Source of the DNA: Paraspadella gotoi
Lineage: Eukaryota; Animalia; Chaetognatha
DNA length: 64,000 nt
Direction: 5' to 3'
Assembly (NCBI GenBank): GCA_051294375.1
Contig: CM119263.1
Coordinates: 14,680,421 to 14,744,420 of the forward strand
The notes under the pieces were generated by a model, which made no database searches, had not been told where the DNA came from, and worked only from the letters and a program-made list of their open reading frames with translations. Every line of letters begins with the position of its first letter. Position 1 is the stretch's first letter. A program made the translations under genes and the position numbers. Positions 25,811 through 39,678 of this stretch are shown here, piece by piece.

Positions 25811-26044
25811 TATGGTGGACTAAAATCCACCAACCGTTCATCAGTGGCCATTGGTGCCGGAGGCAAGTCATTCGCCTCCCAACCCAAAGGTCCAAGGTTC
25901 TAACCCGGTGGCCGCCTAGCAGTTAAGAGGGATGGGGCTCTTAACCCACCTTTAACATGGTGTTACAGCCTGATCCGAAGCTCAGGGACTGCTTATATTG
26001 AACTGTTCTGTCACTAACTCTTAACATTAATTACTGTCTCTTCA
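25811..26044 (+). mobile_element. tRNA-derived SINE-like element, family A, in claudin-1 intron 2
   Basis: A-box-like TGGCCATTGG at 25845-25854 and B-box-like GGTTCTAACCC at 25896-25906. Homologous to 58174-58367 and 16075-16333. Confidence 0.8.
25918..25993 (+). ncRNA. Twister ribozyme type P5, decayed copy
   Basis: AGCAGUU..GAGG GA UGG ggcucu UAA CCC AC..CCUGA UCCGAAGC UCAGG GACUGCU. The T2 dinucleotide is AC instead of GC and P3 has a mismatch. Confidence 0.55.
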
Positions 26045-27194
26045 TAAGTTTTAAATATGAGGAACGCGACCCCTCGCTCTTACCTCCTTCGGGTGAGTTA
26101 ATATAACACATTAGCTTTTTTCTTTTCCTCGTAAGTTACTCGACCTTTTAACTTTTCCCGCCATTTCTTCAATCTTCCTTTTCCTCATTTCGCCTCGAAC
26201 TCCCATTACAATGTCCCCCCCCGACCCAACCAGCGCCATTTTCCCATCCGCCATCGTCTCCGTTTAAAAGTCGCCATTGTCCTCTTCGTCGAAATACATA
26301 ATCCTCGAGGGACGTTGCCCATAGTTCTCGGGATCGTTACCCTTCCATTCCCTCAAGACGAGTTTCCCCGGGTCATCGACATTGTTCTCGTTCCCGAGGG
26401 GCGCGTCGTTCAATTAAGGTCGAGACCCCTTAAGACTGGGAAGGGCGTCGCGAACGAGAGACCCCGACAGTAAAGTTCGGAATTCGGTCGGAGGCGACGG
26501 CGAGTGAGCGGCAATAACGGTGGCCGAATGGCGAAAAACCTTTTTTTTTTGGTGGGGGGGTTGGAGAAATGTTTTTGAGGTGATCGCAGATTAGCAGAGG
26601 CCTTCTAGGGGTTGTACCTTAACAGTTAACTATATTTCTATTGTAATATAGAGGAATGACCAATGCCCAAAATATTTTCTTTTGAAAAAATCCTCGATTC
26701 TTTTCAATCGTCAACATTTTATACATCCTATTCAATACTATACAGATACGAATCCGGCTCTCAAATTTTAGCATGTTTTTCTTTTGCTCTTTTCATGATC
26801 CGTCGATTGGCCAATGGTCATCGTTGGCGCCGTTAAGAGATGGCCAACAGTCATTGGCTATTCCTGGCGTCATTTGGCCGCAGACATCCGCCTTTTGATC
26901 TCTCTCCATTTTCCATTCCGAGACTTTCTTAGCGATAATCGTTATTAGGGTCGAAAATTATTCGGAAGTTATTTTTCTGTTGGGAAACATTTGGGCGGAA
27001 CACACTTTTTCCTGAACTACCTCGTCAAAAGACGAACCTCTCTCACCTCAAGATCCCCTTAGTTCAAGAAGAGAGCATTCGTGCTTCGGTTCATGGTCGA
27101 AATATTCGCATATAATAAAACTGAAGGCGAAAATACTAGGAAAGGATAATGAAAATAGATCGCGAAAGAAAGAATGAAGAAAGAAGAAAAAGAA

Positions 27195-27244
<50 letters not shown>

Positions 27245-29147
27245 CAAAATAAAAGAAAATGAGCGAGAAGGTACATACATACGTTGGAGAGAGAAGAGAA
27301 GAGAGAGTGTCGAGCCAGAGCCCCCATCAATCAGCGAAAACAAAGAAAGTTGAGAGGAAAGAAAGAAGAGAAAAGAAAAGAAAACGAAAACGATTTTTTG
27401 TGTTCAAAATGAAAACAATAACAAAACAACAACGTCGACTTGAACTTTATGAGACGGGAAAACAAACGGATGGGGCTCCAGTTCCATCATGCAGACAAAG
27501 AAGGAAGACACTCGCCTGTCTATTTNNNNNNNNNNNNNNNNNNNNNNNNNNNNNNNNNNNNNNNNNNNNNNNNNNNNNNNNNNNNNNNNNNNNNNNNNNN
27601 NNNNNNNNNNNNNNNNNNNNNNNNNNNNNNNNNNNNNNNNNNNNNNNGCCGCCGCCGACAACGTCGCGACAGCTGTCCTTTCGAATCAATTTTTCTCTTT
27701 TATTCTGATTTCCCACAGGCTATGATTCCATATCAATTTTTCTTTTTTCTCTCCAGATCTTTTTTTCTTTCTGTTCTCAACCCTTTCTGCCCTTTCTTCT
27801 TTTTTTCGGGGACGAGGTGAGGAGGAGAAGGCGGAAAGGTGAGGCGCAGGAGGATAAGGTGAAGGAGGATTGATGTGCTGCGGCGAAGGGTAGAAGTAGG
27901 TTACGTGAGGAAGGAAAGGATAAAGAAAATGGAAAGGTAAGGAGATTAGGAGTGAAAGAGTAAAAGAGTATAAGAGAAACAGGTTTTGGGAAAGGTTGAG
28001 AATAGAGGAGTAAAATGCCGAAGGAACAAATTGAAAAAAAAAAGAGGTGTGAGGTGAGAAAAGGAAAATCAGTTGAGGCGAGGCAAGAAGGAGAGGGCCG
28101 AAGAAAGGTGAGTTGAAGGAAAGGGCAAAGGTGAGAATTTTGTGACCTTCGTTTTCTTTTCTTCGCTCAACTAAAACGTGAAAAAAAAGGATTTTTATAA
28201 TTCGTTGTCGACGCGTATTTAATATTGATGAGAACCTATTTAAATTCAATAAGAGGAAAGGAAAGAAAGGGGAAAAAAAAAAAAAAAACTGATTTCGTTA
28301 AATCTGAGTCTCTTATGCAGATGCATTTAAATGGCCGAGTGGCACCATCTAACGCCTTGTTCATTTCTCCCCGAATCTGAAAAAAAAAAGTTGGCGAGCC
28401 ATCAAAAAAAGAAGGTCCCATCAATGGAATTAAGAAAAAAACACGGAAAGACAGGAAAACGTACCCAAGGTCGCATCCAAAAACGGGTTGAAAGATGAGG
28501 AAAGCTGCCTTTGCAAAGCCTTTTTCACCTTCGCGCAGTCTTGCAGACTCTCTCTCTCTCTCGCTCTTCTCTCTCTCTTCTCTCTCTCTCCTCTACTCTC
28601 TCTCTCCCTCTCTCTCATTCTCTCTCCTTTCTCATCTTCTCTCTCTCTCTTTCTCTCTCTTTCTCTCCTCTTGGTCGAGCGAGAGGTTGCGAAAGAATTG
28701 CTTGGCCGCCTCTTTCTCTTGCTTGGCTGCGTCACGGGTATGCGCATAGTCTGCCTTGGGTGCGGCCTTGGAGGAATTTGGCGAAGAGTGGGTTTTCGGG
28801 TAAGGCGGGTAATGGTAGGTGTCTAGTGTCTACCGTCTACCTACCCGTCTACCGTCTACCTGTCTGCCGTCCATCGTTTGAGCGAATGTGGTTTTTGTGA
28901 AAAATGATTTTGCGTAAATGTTCATCTGCTCGTCGTTTTAGAAGACCTTTATCAGACATGATCTTGGAATGGGAGGCGTCGCAATGAATTAAATGAACCG
29001 AAATCCAAAAATCCAATGATTGATGCTGCAATTGCCGCATTTCAATCTGATATTTTTCTCAAATGGACCAAGAATCAAACTAAGAAAATAAAAATACCAA
29101 CAAACCGACAATGAAACTAATATCTCACCTCCCATTTCTCTTCCCAG

Positions 29148-29162
29148 GCGGCCTCATCCTCG
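29148..29162 (+). CDS. Start of claudin-1 exon 3, first copy, truncated by a 25-N gap
   Basis: TTCCCAG|GC GGC CTC ATC CTC G continues exon 2 in phase 1 as (G)GLIL. Confidence 0.6.
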
Positions 29163-29318
29163 NNNNNNNNNNNNNNNNNNNNNNNNNGGGGCTAATAATA
29201 TTTACCCACGGGACTTCTCGGGGCTCTCGGCTTCCGCTTCTCGGCTTCTACAACACTTCTAGCGGCATACATTCTCGGGGAACCTCCGGGTAGAAAAATT
29301 GGGAACAATGGGAAAGAC

Positions 29319-29370
<52 letters not shown>

Positions 29371-32300
29371 AGAGGAGAAAGAGCAGAGAAGAAGAGAGAG
29401 AGAGAGAAGTCAAAGAGAGAAAAGGAGAAGAATGAAAAAGAAAAAAAGGAGCATGCTTTTCATTTATCCTTCTCTTCGACGACCGACGGAAAGGGGGAGA
29501 ATGTAGGAATGTTGAAGATAATGGAGGCAGAATTAAATTGACCACCTTGTATCGCAAATAAAGCAAAAAGCAAAACCGGGGATGGATTGGAATGAAGCTC
29601 TTATTTGATTCCCGGGGAAACCCGCGTCTTTGTGTAACGAAGCCAAAATCGAAGTGTTTCGGAACGAGAAAATTTCTCATAATTTTTCACCATAAACACT
29701 CGGTTGCTTACAACTTAGAAAAAAGAAATTGATGAGCTTTTCGTCTTAAGTCATCCGCTCAAGTAGGTAAGAGAAGGCAGGGCGATCCATTACTGGCGTG
29801 AATAAAAAAAAATAAGATTCTTAAATTCACTTTTCGCTGGACTACACTTATGGTTTTAGATATGTCGCTCATCGGCGCGCTTAAGAAAAAATCCGGAAAG
29901 AACAAGCGGTTTCTGATCAATTTTGGTCTTCTCGCAATTGTTTGCCAACAAGACCAGAGCGACAAGTCCAATATACGATCAGCAAAACCATGGGAAATGT
30001 TAAAAACGTCGGGGCAAGGGTTTGGGAGACTAGCTCAAAGACGGCCCGGGCGGAAACACAGAGAAAGTCGCAATATAACAGCGGTCTGTGGGACTAGAAA
30101 AAATCTGAAAATAAAACCGACGTTGAGGCGGGGAAAAACTGCGAGGCGCTTAGTGCCTGAATCCTTTTGTAATTTTTTCTTTAAATTTTGCGATAGTTTT
30201 ACTGTAGTGAGTCAAAATAAATATCCAGCAGTGTCACTCGGCACTGATCCGATCTGTAGGGTCTGTACCAATAACCTTCAGAGCACATTAACTGAAAAGA
30301 AATAATTACTCATAGTAAGAAATAATAGACAATTAAATCCATGTTTTCTAAAAATTATTTAATTGTCATTTTTGTTCTACTTGTTTTGCTCCACCAGATG
30401 GGCCTTTTAAAAAATTAATAAAAATAAAAGATTAGCTTAATGCTACAATGTCTTGGTACAATTTCGTTGCGTAAACACAAAGAAATTCATTTATAGATCA
30501 TGAGTATCATTAATTGAGTCTTGAAATAACTTTTTCTGTGCATTTATACGAACCAGCCTTTTACCATTGTAAAGATCTTGTATTATAATAAAAAAATAAA
30601 AAACAACAATTTTTACCATAAACAGCTACATGCATTAAGCGTGGGTTATTAAAAGAGTGTGTGGCTTTTTAATAAAAAAAAACTGTTAATATTAATTATA
30701 GAAAGCTTAAACGCGGGCCCCAATTTTGTAAAGGGTTTTATTTGTAACCTGGAAGATTAGAACAAGAATTTAAAAAAATCGATAATTATAACCTTTTAGC
30801 CCTCCTAAGTCAGTAAAAAGTTTTTTAAAATCACCCGGAACAAAAGTTTGGAAACTCAGCTAAATTTTTTTATTATTTAAAGTCACATGTTTTTTTTAAC
30901 GTTTCTACATGAATTTTTATTTTTTTTTTGGTTTTCAAGCAAAAGACAAAAAATGATAAATTTAATTACTCCTTGAGTAATTAATATAAACATTGAGGTA
31001 ATAGGAAAGTTTTTGTTTATATCAGAAACATAATTCACTTCTCTTTCATATCTATATTGTATTTATTTTTTTTTTTAAATAGCCAGACACCAAGTGTGTT
31101 TAATTTAATTTCAAAGTTGTTATACTTTGACTAATAGGAATTCCGATCACAGTAAGTTTTAAAAATCGTTGTAAAAGAAATAATTTAAGAAAAATTATAT
31201 GAAAAAGAAGCCAAACACCATAATATGGCTTTAAAATACTGTGATAACCATTCACGAGAAGTCATTTTTGGTTCAAAAGTATCAAAAGAGAAAAAAACAT
31301 TTTTTTATTAACCACAATAATTTAAGTCAGCTCGGCCGAAAGCTAAAATTTAAAGTGGAAACCAAAAAGAAAAATATATTAAAACGAACGCAGATTGTTT
31401 AGAAAAAAATTGGGCGGGAAATGACCATGTTTTTGTAGATATTATTTTTTACAAACGCGTGGGGTCAATGTGAATTTGAAATGTTTAACATAAGCAATAA
31501 ATATTGACAGATCATTTCCTATCAGTAAATGTAAATATTAAAGAACATTAATAAATGACCAGATAACTTGTCCTATCTACATGGTTTATATGAAAAAAAA
31601 ATTTAAAGGCAAGTAAGGTGCCGGAACTCTAAGCAAGAAAATTAAGGGTCTCGGGTTTTCAACAACTCGACATGTATGTCTACCGCACACCTCAGCATTT
31701 AAATATTTTTTTTTTGTTTTATTTTTTCGTTTCCGTTTCTAATATGTCCCTTTTTTATCCCCCGGCTTACGGAAAGAAAAATAATGCGAAGCGAGGGAGG
31801 AACCCGAAGCCCTCCAACGAGAATACATGAAATGCGGCCCATCGCAACCCCACGAAGTGAAACTTCTGCCTTCGGAAGTGAACCGAGAATGCCCTGAAGT
31901 TGAGCAGCGCCGGGATCTATTCGGAAGGTCTAGAAAACCGGCGAAAGAATAATCGGCCTCTTTTCTCTAACTGTATCCCCCATGATTGAAGGCAATCCTT
32001 TTTGTTATCGAGACACGGGACACTATTAACGTAATGTTGTTTTCAAGGAGGCAGTTTATCTTTGGAACGAGAGGGATAGAGAGCGAGTGAGTGGGAAGAA
32101 ATAAAGGACGGGGGAGAAATTGAGGGGGGAGCTGGAGAGATTAGCCCCGGCTTTCTCCCTCATTCGCCCACATCAACACCGACTACCCCTCTTGAACAGA
32201 GAGAGAGAGAGAGAGAGAGAGAGANNNNNNNNNNNNNNNNNNNNNNNNNNNNNNNNNNNNNNNNNNNNNNNNNNNNNNNNNNNNNNNNNNNNNNNNNNNN

Positions 32301-32413
32301 NNNNNNNNNNNNNNNNNNNNNNNNNNNNNNNNNNNNNNNNNNNNNNNNNNNNNNNNNNNNNNNNNNNNNNNNNNNNNNNNNNNNNNNNNNNNNNNNNNNN
32401 NNNNNNNNNNNNN

Positions 32414-32445
<32 letters not shown>

Positions 32446-34245
32446 GCACGAGTCGTTATGAATTGTTTAAATTGAAAATAAATAGCCAATAATATATTGA
32501 TAAATTGCTAATTTAATTTGAATCTCTTTCAATTCTCATTGTCATTTTTAATTGACTTCCACCTCTTGGAGCCTGTGTTAGTCGAGCCGAGTCNNNNNNN
32601 NNNNNNNNNNNNNNNNNNNNNNNNNNNNNNNNNNNNNNNNNNNNNNNNNNNNNNNNNNNNNNNNNNNNNNNNNNNNNNNNNNNNNNNNNNNNNNNNNNNN
32701 NNNNNNNNNNNNNNNNNNNNNNNNNNNNNNNNNNNNNNNNNNNNNNNNNNNNNNNNNNNNNNNNNNNNNNNNNNNNNNNNNNNNNNNNNNNNNNNNNNNN
32801 NNNNNNNNNNNNNNNNNNNNNNNNNNNNNNNNNNNNNNNNCGCCGCCGAAGCCGGCGACGCCACCGCCACCGCCGCCGCTGCCGCTTTTTCCCCGAGGTC
32901 GCGCGCGCTTTTCCCGCTCCGGCGATTCGGCCTTCGACCAAAAAGAAAAAAACCTCACCCCTCACCTTACCCTTTACTCGTCGTTGTTGTAGAGAGTCCC
33001 CCCTCACAGAACTCTTAAAACCTCACTCCCCGCTTCCCTCCTACTCTTCCCATTCTTCATATTATTACTCAACTATTGGCGACGCTTTCCTCCGAGGGCC
33101 ACGCCTCATAAAAAAACTTACGATTACCCTCACGTTTTCCCCAAATCCTAATAAAACATCGTTCTTCGCACGATTCCGCTCAACATGACTTGCATGAACT
33201 TACCTGTAAACTAAACTGGTCCTCCTTTATCTCGCTTGTCTCCTTACCTCAACCACAACCACTATTTCCNNNNNNNNNNNNNNNNNNNNNNNNNNNNNNN
33301 NNNNNNNNNNNNNNNNNNNNNNNNNNNNNNNNNNNNNNNNNNNNNNNNNNNNNNNNNNNNNNNNNNNNNNNNNNNNNNNNNNNNNNNNNNNNNNNNNNNN
33401 NNNNNNNNNNNNNNNNNNNNNNNNNNNNNNNNNNNNNNNNNNNNNNNNNNNNNNNNNNNNNNNNNNNNNNNNNNNNNNNNNNNNNNNNNNNNNNNNNNNN
33501 NNNNNNNNNNNNNNNNNNNNNNNNNNNNNNNNNNNNNNNNNNNNNNNNNNNNNNNNNNCGGGGAAAGGGGGCCGATGGGGAAAAGGGGCTTTCATTCATA
33601 AATTCATTCGCCGCCAATTTATTATCGTCTAATTTCGGGGCGGGAAGAGAAGATCAAGCCTTCTAAAGGGGTTGTACCTTAACAAGGTTTAAACGGGATA
33701 TATTCTATTGTAAATATAGAGGAATGAGCCAACTGCCCAAAATATTTTCTTTTGAAAAAATCTCGATTCTTTTCAATCGTCAACATTTTATACATCCTAT
33801 TAATACTATACAGATACGAATCCGCCTCTCAAAATTTTAGCATAGTTTTTCTTTTGCTCTTTTTCATGATCGCGTAGCATTGGCCAATGGTCATAGTATG
33901 GCGCCCGTTAAGGAGATAGGCCAACAGCCATTGCTATCCTGGCAGTCATTTGGCCGACAGACATTCCGCACTGTTGATCTCTCTCCATTTTCCATTCCGA
34001 GACTTTCTTAGCGATAATCGTTATTGGGTCGAAAATTATTCGAGAAGTTATTTTCCTGTTGGGCAAACATTTGGGCGAACACACTTATTGCTGACTACCT
34101 CTCAAAGACGAACCTCTCTCACCTCAAGATCCCTTAGTTCAAGAGAGAGCATTCGTGCTTCGGTTCATGGTCGAAATATTCGCATATAATAAAACTGAAG
34201 GCGAAATAATACTACGGAAAGGATAATAAACTCAGATCGGAAAGA

Positions 34246-34277
<32 letters not shown>

Positions 34278-34294
34278 AGAGAGGAGAGAGAGAG

Positions 34295-34345
<51 letters not shown>

Positions 34346-36482
34346 CAAATAAAAGAAATGAGCGAGAATGGTACATACATACGTTGGGAGAGAAGAGAAG
34401 AGAGAGTGTCGAGCCTAGACCCCCATCATCGCGAAAACAAGAAAGTTGAGCGGAAAGAAGAAGAGAAAAGAAAAGAAAACGAAAACGATTTTTTGTGTTC
34501 AAAATGAAACAATAAAAACAACGTCGACTTGAATTATGAGACCGGGAAAACAAAGGATGGGCTCATTCGCATCATGAGACAAAGAAGGAAGACACTCGCT
34601 GTCATTTGCCTGGCATTAGTGGCTAATTGTACATGGTAATCGTTGTCTAGAAAGGATCGAAATTTAGTTGCACCGAGTAGGAAAGAATCGCAAAAACGTT
34701 GGGTCAAAAACTTTGGTTTAGGAAGACCGCTTCTTTATTGGCTTTCATGGCTTGTCTGTCCCTCTAATAACCAGGCGATTCTTTAGTTTCGAAAACTTTA
34801 AGTAGTAATTGAAAAAAAAATATTTATAAATACAAGAATCGTTGAAGGAATAATTTTCTACTTTTTCCGAGCTGACAGAACTACCGGAAAAAAAGGGAAA
34901 TAATACTGAAGAGGAGTCAAGGAAAAGAAAGCTTAAAAAGGGCGGCTTTCCGATATCGCACCCCTCAAACGGTCGGCGAGACCGCTTCGCCGCCATGACA
35001 CCCGCCTCTCAGTTGCCGCCGCCGCCGGCGCCGCCGCCGACAACGTCGCGAACAGCTGTCCTTTCGAATCAATTTTTCTTTTTATTCGTGATTTCCACAG
35101 GCTATGATTCATATCAATTTTTTCTTTTTTTCTGCCAGATCTTTTTTCTTTCTGTTTCTCAACACCTTTCTGCCCTTTCTTCTTTTTTTCAGGGACGAGG
35201 TGAGGAGGAGAAGAGCGGTAAAGGGTGATTTTGCGGCAGGAGGATAAGGTGGAAGGAGGATGATGTGCTGCGGCTAAGGGTGAAGTAGGTTTAACGTGAG
35301 GAAGGAAAGGATAAAAGAAAATGGAAAGGTAAGGAGAATTAGGAGTGAAAGAGTAAAAGAGTATAAGAGAAACGGTTTTTGGGAAAGGTTGAGATAGAGG
35401 AGTAAAATGCGAAGGAACAAATTGAAAAAAAAAGAGGTGTGAGTGAGAAAAGGAAAATCAGTTGAGGCGAGGCAAGAAGGAGAGGGCCGAAGAAAAGGTG
35501 AGTTGAAGGAAAGGGCAAAGGTGAGACTTTGTGACCTCGTTTTTTTCTCGCTCAAAGCTAAAACGTGAAAAAAAAGGATTTTTTATAATTCGTTTGATGA
35601 GACCTATTTAAATTCAATAAGAGGAGAGAAAGAACAGGGGAAAAAAAAAAAAAAAAAACGATTTCGTTAAAATCTGAGTCTCTTATGCAGATGCATTTAA
35701 ATGGCCGAGTGGCACCATCTAACGCCTTTTCTTCTTTCCCGATTCTGAAAAAAAAGTGGCGAGCACAAAAGAAAGGGTGTCAATGGGAATAAGAAAAAAA
35801 AAAAACGAAAGGAAAAAGTCCCAAGGTCGCCATCCTCAAAAACGGTTGTAAAGATGAGGGAAGCTGCTTTGCAAAAGCCTTTTTCACTTCGCTGGTTTTT
35901 AGGAATCTCTCTCTCTCTCTCTCTTCTCCTCTCTCTCTTCTCTCTTCGTCATCTTCCTCTCTCTCTCTTTCTCTCCCTCTGGTCGAGCGAGAGGTTGCGA
36001 AAGAATTGCTTGGCGCGCCCCTCTTTCTCTGCTGGCTGCGTCACGGGTATGGGGCATAGTCTGCCTTTGGGTGGCGGCTTGGAGGAATTTGGGGGCCGCC
36101 GGAAAAAAAAGAAAAAAAAAGTGGGTTTTCGGGTAAGGGCGGGTAATGGTAGGTGTCTAGTGTTCTACGTCTACCTACCGTCTAACCGTCTACCTGTCCT
36201 GCCGTCCATCGTTGAGCGAATGTGGTTTTTGTGAAAAATGAATTTTGCGTAAATGTTCATATCTGCTTCGTCGTTTAGAAGACTTTATCAGACAAGGATC
36301 TTGAATGGGAGGCGTCGCAATGATTTTAATGAACCGAAATTCCAAAAATCCAATGATTGATGCTGTGCAATTGCCGATTTCAATCTGATATTTTTCTCAA
36401 ATGGCCAAGAATCAACTAGAAAATAAAAAATACCAACAAACCGACAATGAAACTAATATCTCACCTCCGCATTTTCTTCCAG

Positions 36483-36625
36483 GGGCCTCATCCTCGGCGC
36501 TTTGGCATCACCTTGGCATTACTGCGGTTCACTCGAGGCCAGAAGTTCACGTCGTGGTTCGATGGCGATTTCATGTATTTCTCGTGGGGTCTTCGGATTC
36601 GCGTCCTCGCTTCGCATTCTCTTTC
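36483..36625 (+). CDS. Claudin 1 exon 3: TM3, ECL2 and TM4 (full copy with indel errors)
   Basis: TTCCAG acceptor. Spliced across frames it reads GLILG..FGITL..RGQKFTSWFDGDFMYFSW.FGFA.LAS.FSF, the Y.SW.F motif preceding TM4 in invertebrate claudins. Donor GTAAG at 36626, phase 0. Confidence 0.75.
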
Positions 36626-37697
36626 GTAAGCCGGGGATAAAAAAGAGGGAAAAACATAAGAACGGAAAAAACGAAAAAACAAACCAAAAAAAAATATTTA
36701 AATGTGAGGTGTGGGTAAGACATACTAGACATACAGAATACATGTCGGGGCAGTGCAACGAGACCTAATTTTTTCTGGCTTAAAGGTTTGGCACCTTACT
36801 GCTCAAAATTTTATTAAACCATATGTGTGTCAGGAAAAAGTTAATTTAAGAATTTATTTTTTTTAAATTCACCAGTAATGATCGCCTTTCTACCTCTGAG
36901 GCGAAAGAGAAAAGTATTTTTTTTCTAGCAGTAAGCAAACGTTTTATGGTGAAAAAATTATGAAAATCGTTTTTTTTCGCCTTACATTCGACCTTTTGGT
37001 TCGTACCCAAAGAGCGCGGGTTTCCCCGACATCAAATAAGAGTTCAATTCCATCCTCCGGTTTTTTCTTTGCTTTGCAAGGAAGTGGTCCATTTATTCTG
37101 CCTCCATCTTTCAAATCTCCCTACAATTCCTCCCTTTCCGGTCTCAGAAGAAATAAATGCAAAAAGCTGCTTCCTTTTTTCAATTCTCTCTCTCTATCTT
37201 CTTCTCTCTCTCATCTCTTCTTCTCTCTCTTCTCTCTCTCTTCTCTCTCTCTCTCTATGCTCTCTCTCTCTCTCTCAACAAGTCTTCCATTGTTTCCATT
37301 TTTCTCCGGAGTTTTCGAAGTAGTATGCGTGAGAAGTGAGAAGTGAAGAAGCGAGAAGCGGAAGCGAGAAGCGAGAAGCGTGTAAATTTATTAGCGAAGA
37401 AAAGAACAAAAAAATGGGAGAAAATTGAGTCTCGGTTATTGGCGAGCAAGGGCGAGCGGTTCGGGGCGACGCCGGGCGCGGGCGTGGTGCGGGCAAGGCT
37501 CAGCGCGTAGGGCAGCAGAGGCGCCAACCGTCGCCTGCGGTCGGAAGCACGTTGGAGCGCACTTCCGACGAAAAAAGTATGAGAGTAATTAAAATTAGAA
37601 ATGGGAAAGCGTGGTTGACGCAGAAAAAGGGAGCGAGGCCACTGAGGGGAGAGGAAGAGAGAGAGATAGAGATAGAGAGAGAGAGAGCGAGAGAGAG

Positions 37698-37745
<48 letters not shown>

Positions 37746-38094
37746 CGCGAGAGCGAGCCGATAGTCAGAGCGAAATTCTCAGATCACGAGAGAAGGGGAA
37801 ACTATTCGGAAGGTCTAGAAAACCGGCGAAAGATATAATCGGCCTCTTTTCTCTAACTGTATCCGCATGATTGAAGCGAATCTTTTGTATCGAGACACGG
37901 GAGCACTAATTAACGTAAATGTTGTTATTCAAGGAAGGCAGTTTATCCTTTGGAACGAGAGGGATAGAGAGCGAGTGAGTGGGAAGAAATAAAGGACGGG
38001 GGAGAAATTGAGGGGGGAGCTGGAAGAGATTAGCCCCGGCTTTCTCTCCTCATTCGCCACACTCAACAACCGGACTACCCTCTTGAACAGAGAG

Positions 38095-38156
<62 letters not shown>

Positions 38157-38273
38157 TTTTTTGCAATAGAAATCGAGAATTAGTTTTATGGCGTCGATTC
38201 CAAGAGCTTGGGGTTCTCGAACCGTGAAAAACCGCAAAAACCGGTGAAACCGGTTTCGGCCACCCGGAGGAGA

Positions 38274-38314
<41 letters not shown>

Positions 38315-39599
38315 GTGAGAGAGAGAGAGAGAGAGAAGAGAGAGAGAGGAAAGGAAAGCAACGAGTCTTATGATTGTTTAAATTGAAAATAAATAGCCAT
38401 AATATATTGAATATTGCTAATTTAATTTGAATCTCTTTCAATTTCTGCATTGTCATTTTAAATTGACTTCGCACCTCTGGAGCCTGTGTTTAGTCGAGCC
38501 GAGTCTCATACCCTTTTTGCCAGCGACAAACGAAAAGAGGGAGTTTTGCCTAAATGGGAAGAAGGGTGTTGGGCCAGGGTGCTCTCGTCTCTTCTCTCTC
38601 TCTCTCTCTCTCTTCCTCTCTCTCTCTTCTCTCTCTCTCCTCTTTCTCTCTCTCTCTCTCTCCATCGCTCTCGTCGCTCTTTCATCCTCTCTTTCTCTTT
38701 TCTCTGAACGCAACTCCGAGTTTTTCTCCGCGAAAGGGGGTCACAGCCGCCGAAGCCGGCGACGCCTGCGCCACCGCCGCCGCTGCCAGGCTTTTTCCCC
38801 GAGGTCGCGCGCCGCTTTTCCGCGCTCCGGCGATTCGCCTTCGACAAAAAGAAAAAAACCATCACCCCTCACCCTTTTTAACCCTTTTTACTCGTCGTTG
38901 TGGTTGAGAGTCCCGCCCTCAACAAGACTCTAAAACGCACACCTGCCCGCCCCCCTTTTTTGTTCCCTCCTTCTGCTTCGCCATTCTTCACATATTATTA
39001 CTCAACTATTGGCGACGCTTTCCTTCGCAACGGATCGCCACCGAGGGCCACGCCTGCATAAAAAAACTACGATTACGCCTCAGTTTCGCCAAATCAATAA
39101 AACATCGTTTCTTACGCACGATTCCGCTCAACATGACTTGCATGAACTTACTGTAAACTAACACACCCCCCCCCCAATGGTCCTCCTTTTATCTCGCTAA
39201 AGGTCTCCTTACCTCAACCAGCAACCACTATTTCCAACGGCCACCCTACAACACTTCGCGCCCGCCCTTCCCCCCCGAGGAAAAAGAGGGCCCGCGCTCG
39301 CTTGTTTACAAAGGCTAAACCCTGGCTCGATCACGAGGGTCATTACCCGCCCCAATTTTTTTTATTCCCGTTTTCCATAACCGTCGCTCCGAATGGGCAA
39401 GGGAGGGGGGCCTTCAAGGGAGGGGGCCTTCAAAGGCAGGGGGGCCTTCAAGGGAGGGAAAGGAGCGGGGAAAGGGGGCCGATGGGGAAAAGGGGCTTTC
39501 ATTCATAAATTCATTCGCCGCAATTTAATTATCGTCTAATTCGGGGCGGGCAACCCGAATCGAGGAGCTTGTCCGATCATTTTTTTATTCCCGATGAGG

Positions 39600-39678
<79 letters not shown>

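Larger units (their letters stand above)
26603..39550. repeat. Interleaved direct duplications (about 26603-29162 vs 33660-36497; about 31915-33650 vs 37800-39550) plus an inverted copy (29188-29690 vs about 36950-37396)
   Basis: Long collinear matches differing mainly by indels, next to N gaps. Probably redundant assembly. Confidence 0.8.

Noticed and set aside
25840-25910. Functional tRNA gene
   Set aside because: A and B boxes are present but there is no complete cloverleaf, and the sequence is embedded in a dispersed repeat. The same applies to 40940-41017.
31795-31815. GGAGG-AACCCGAAGC-CCTCC hairpin resembling twister P4
   Set aside because: The loop does not fit U-NNN-AAGC and no P2 or T1 partner is nearby.
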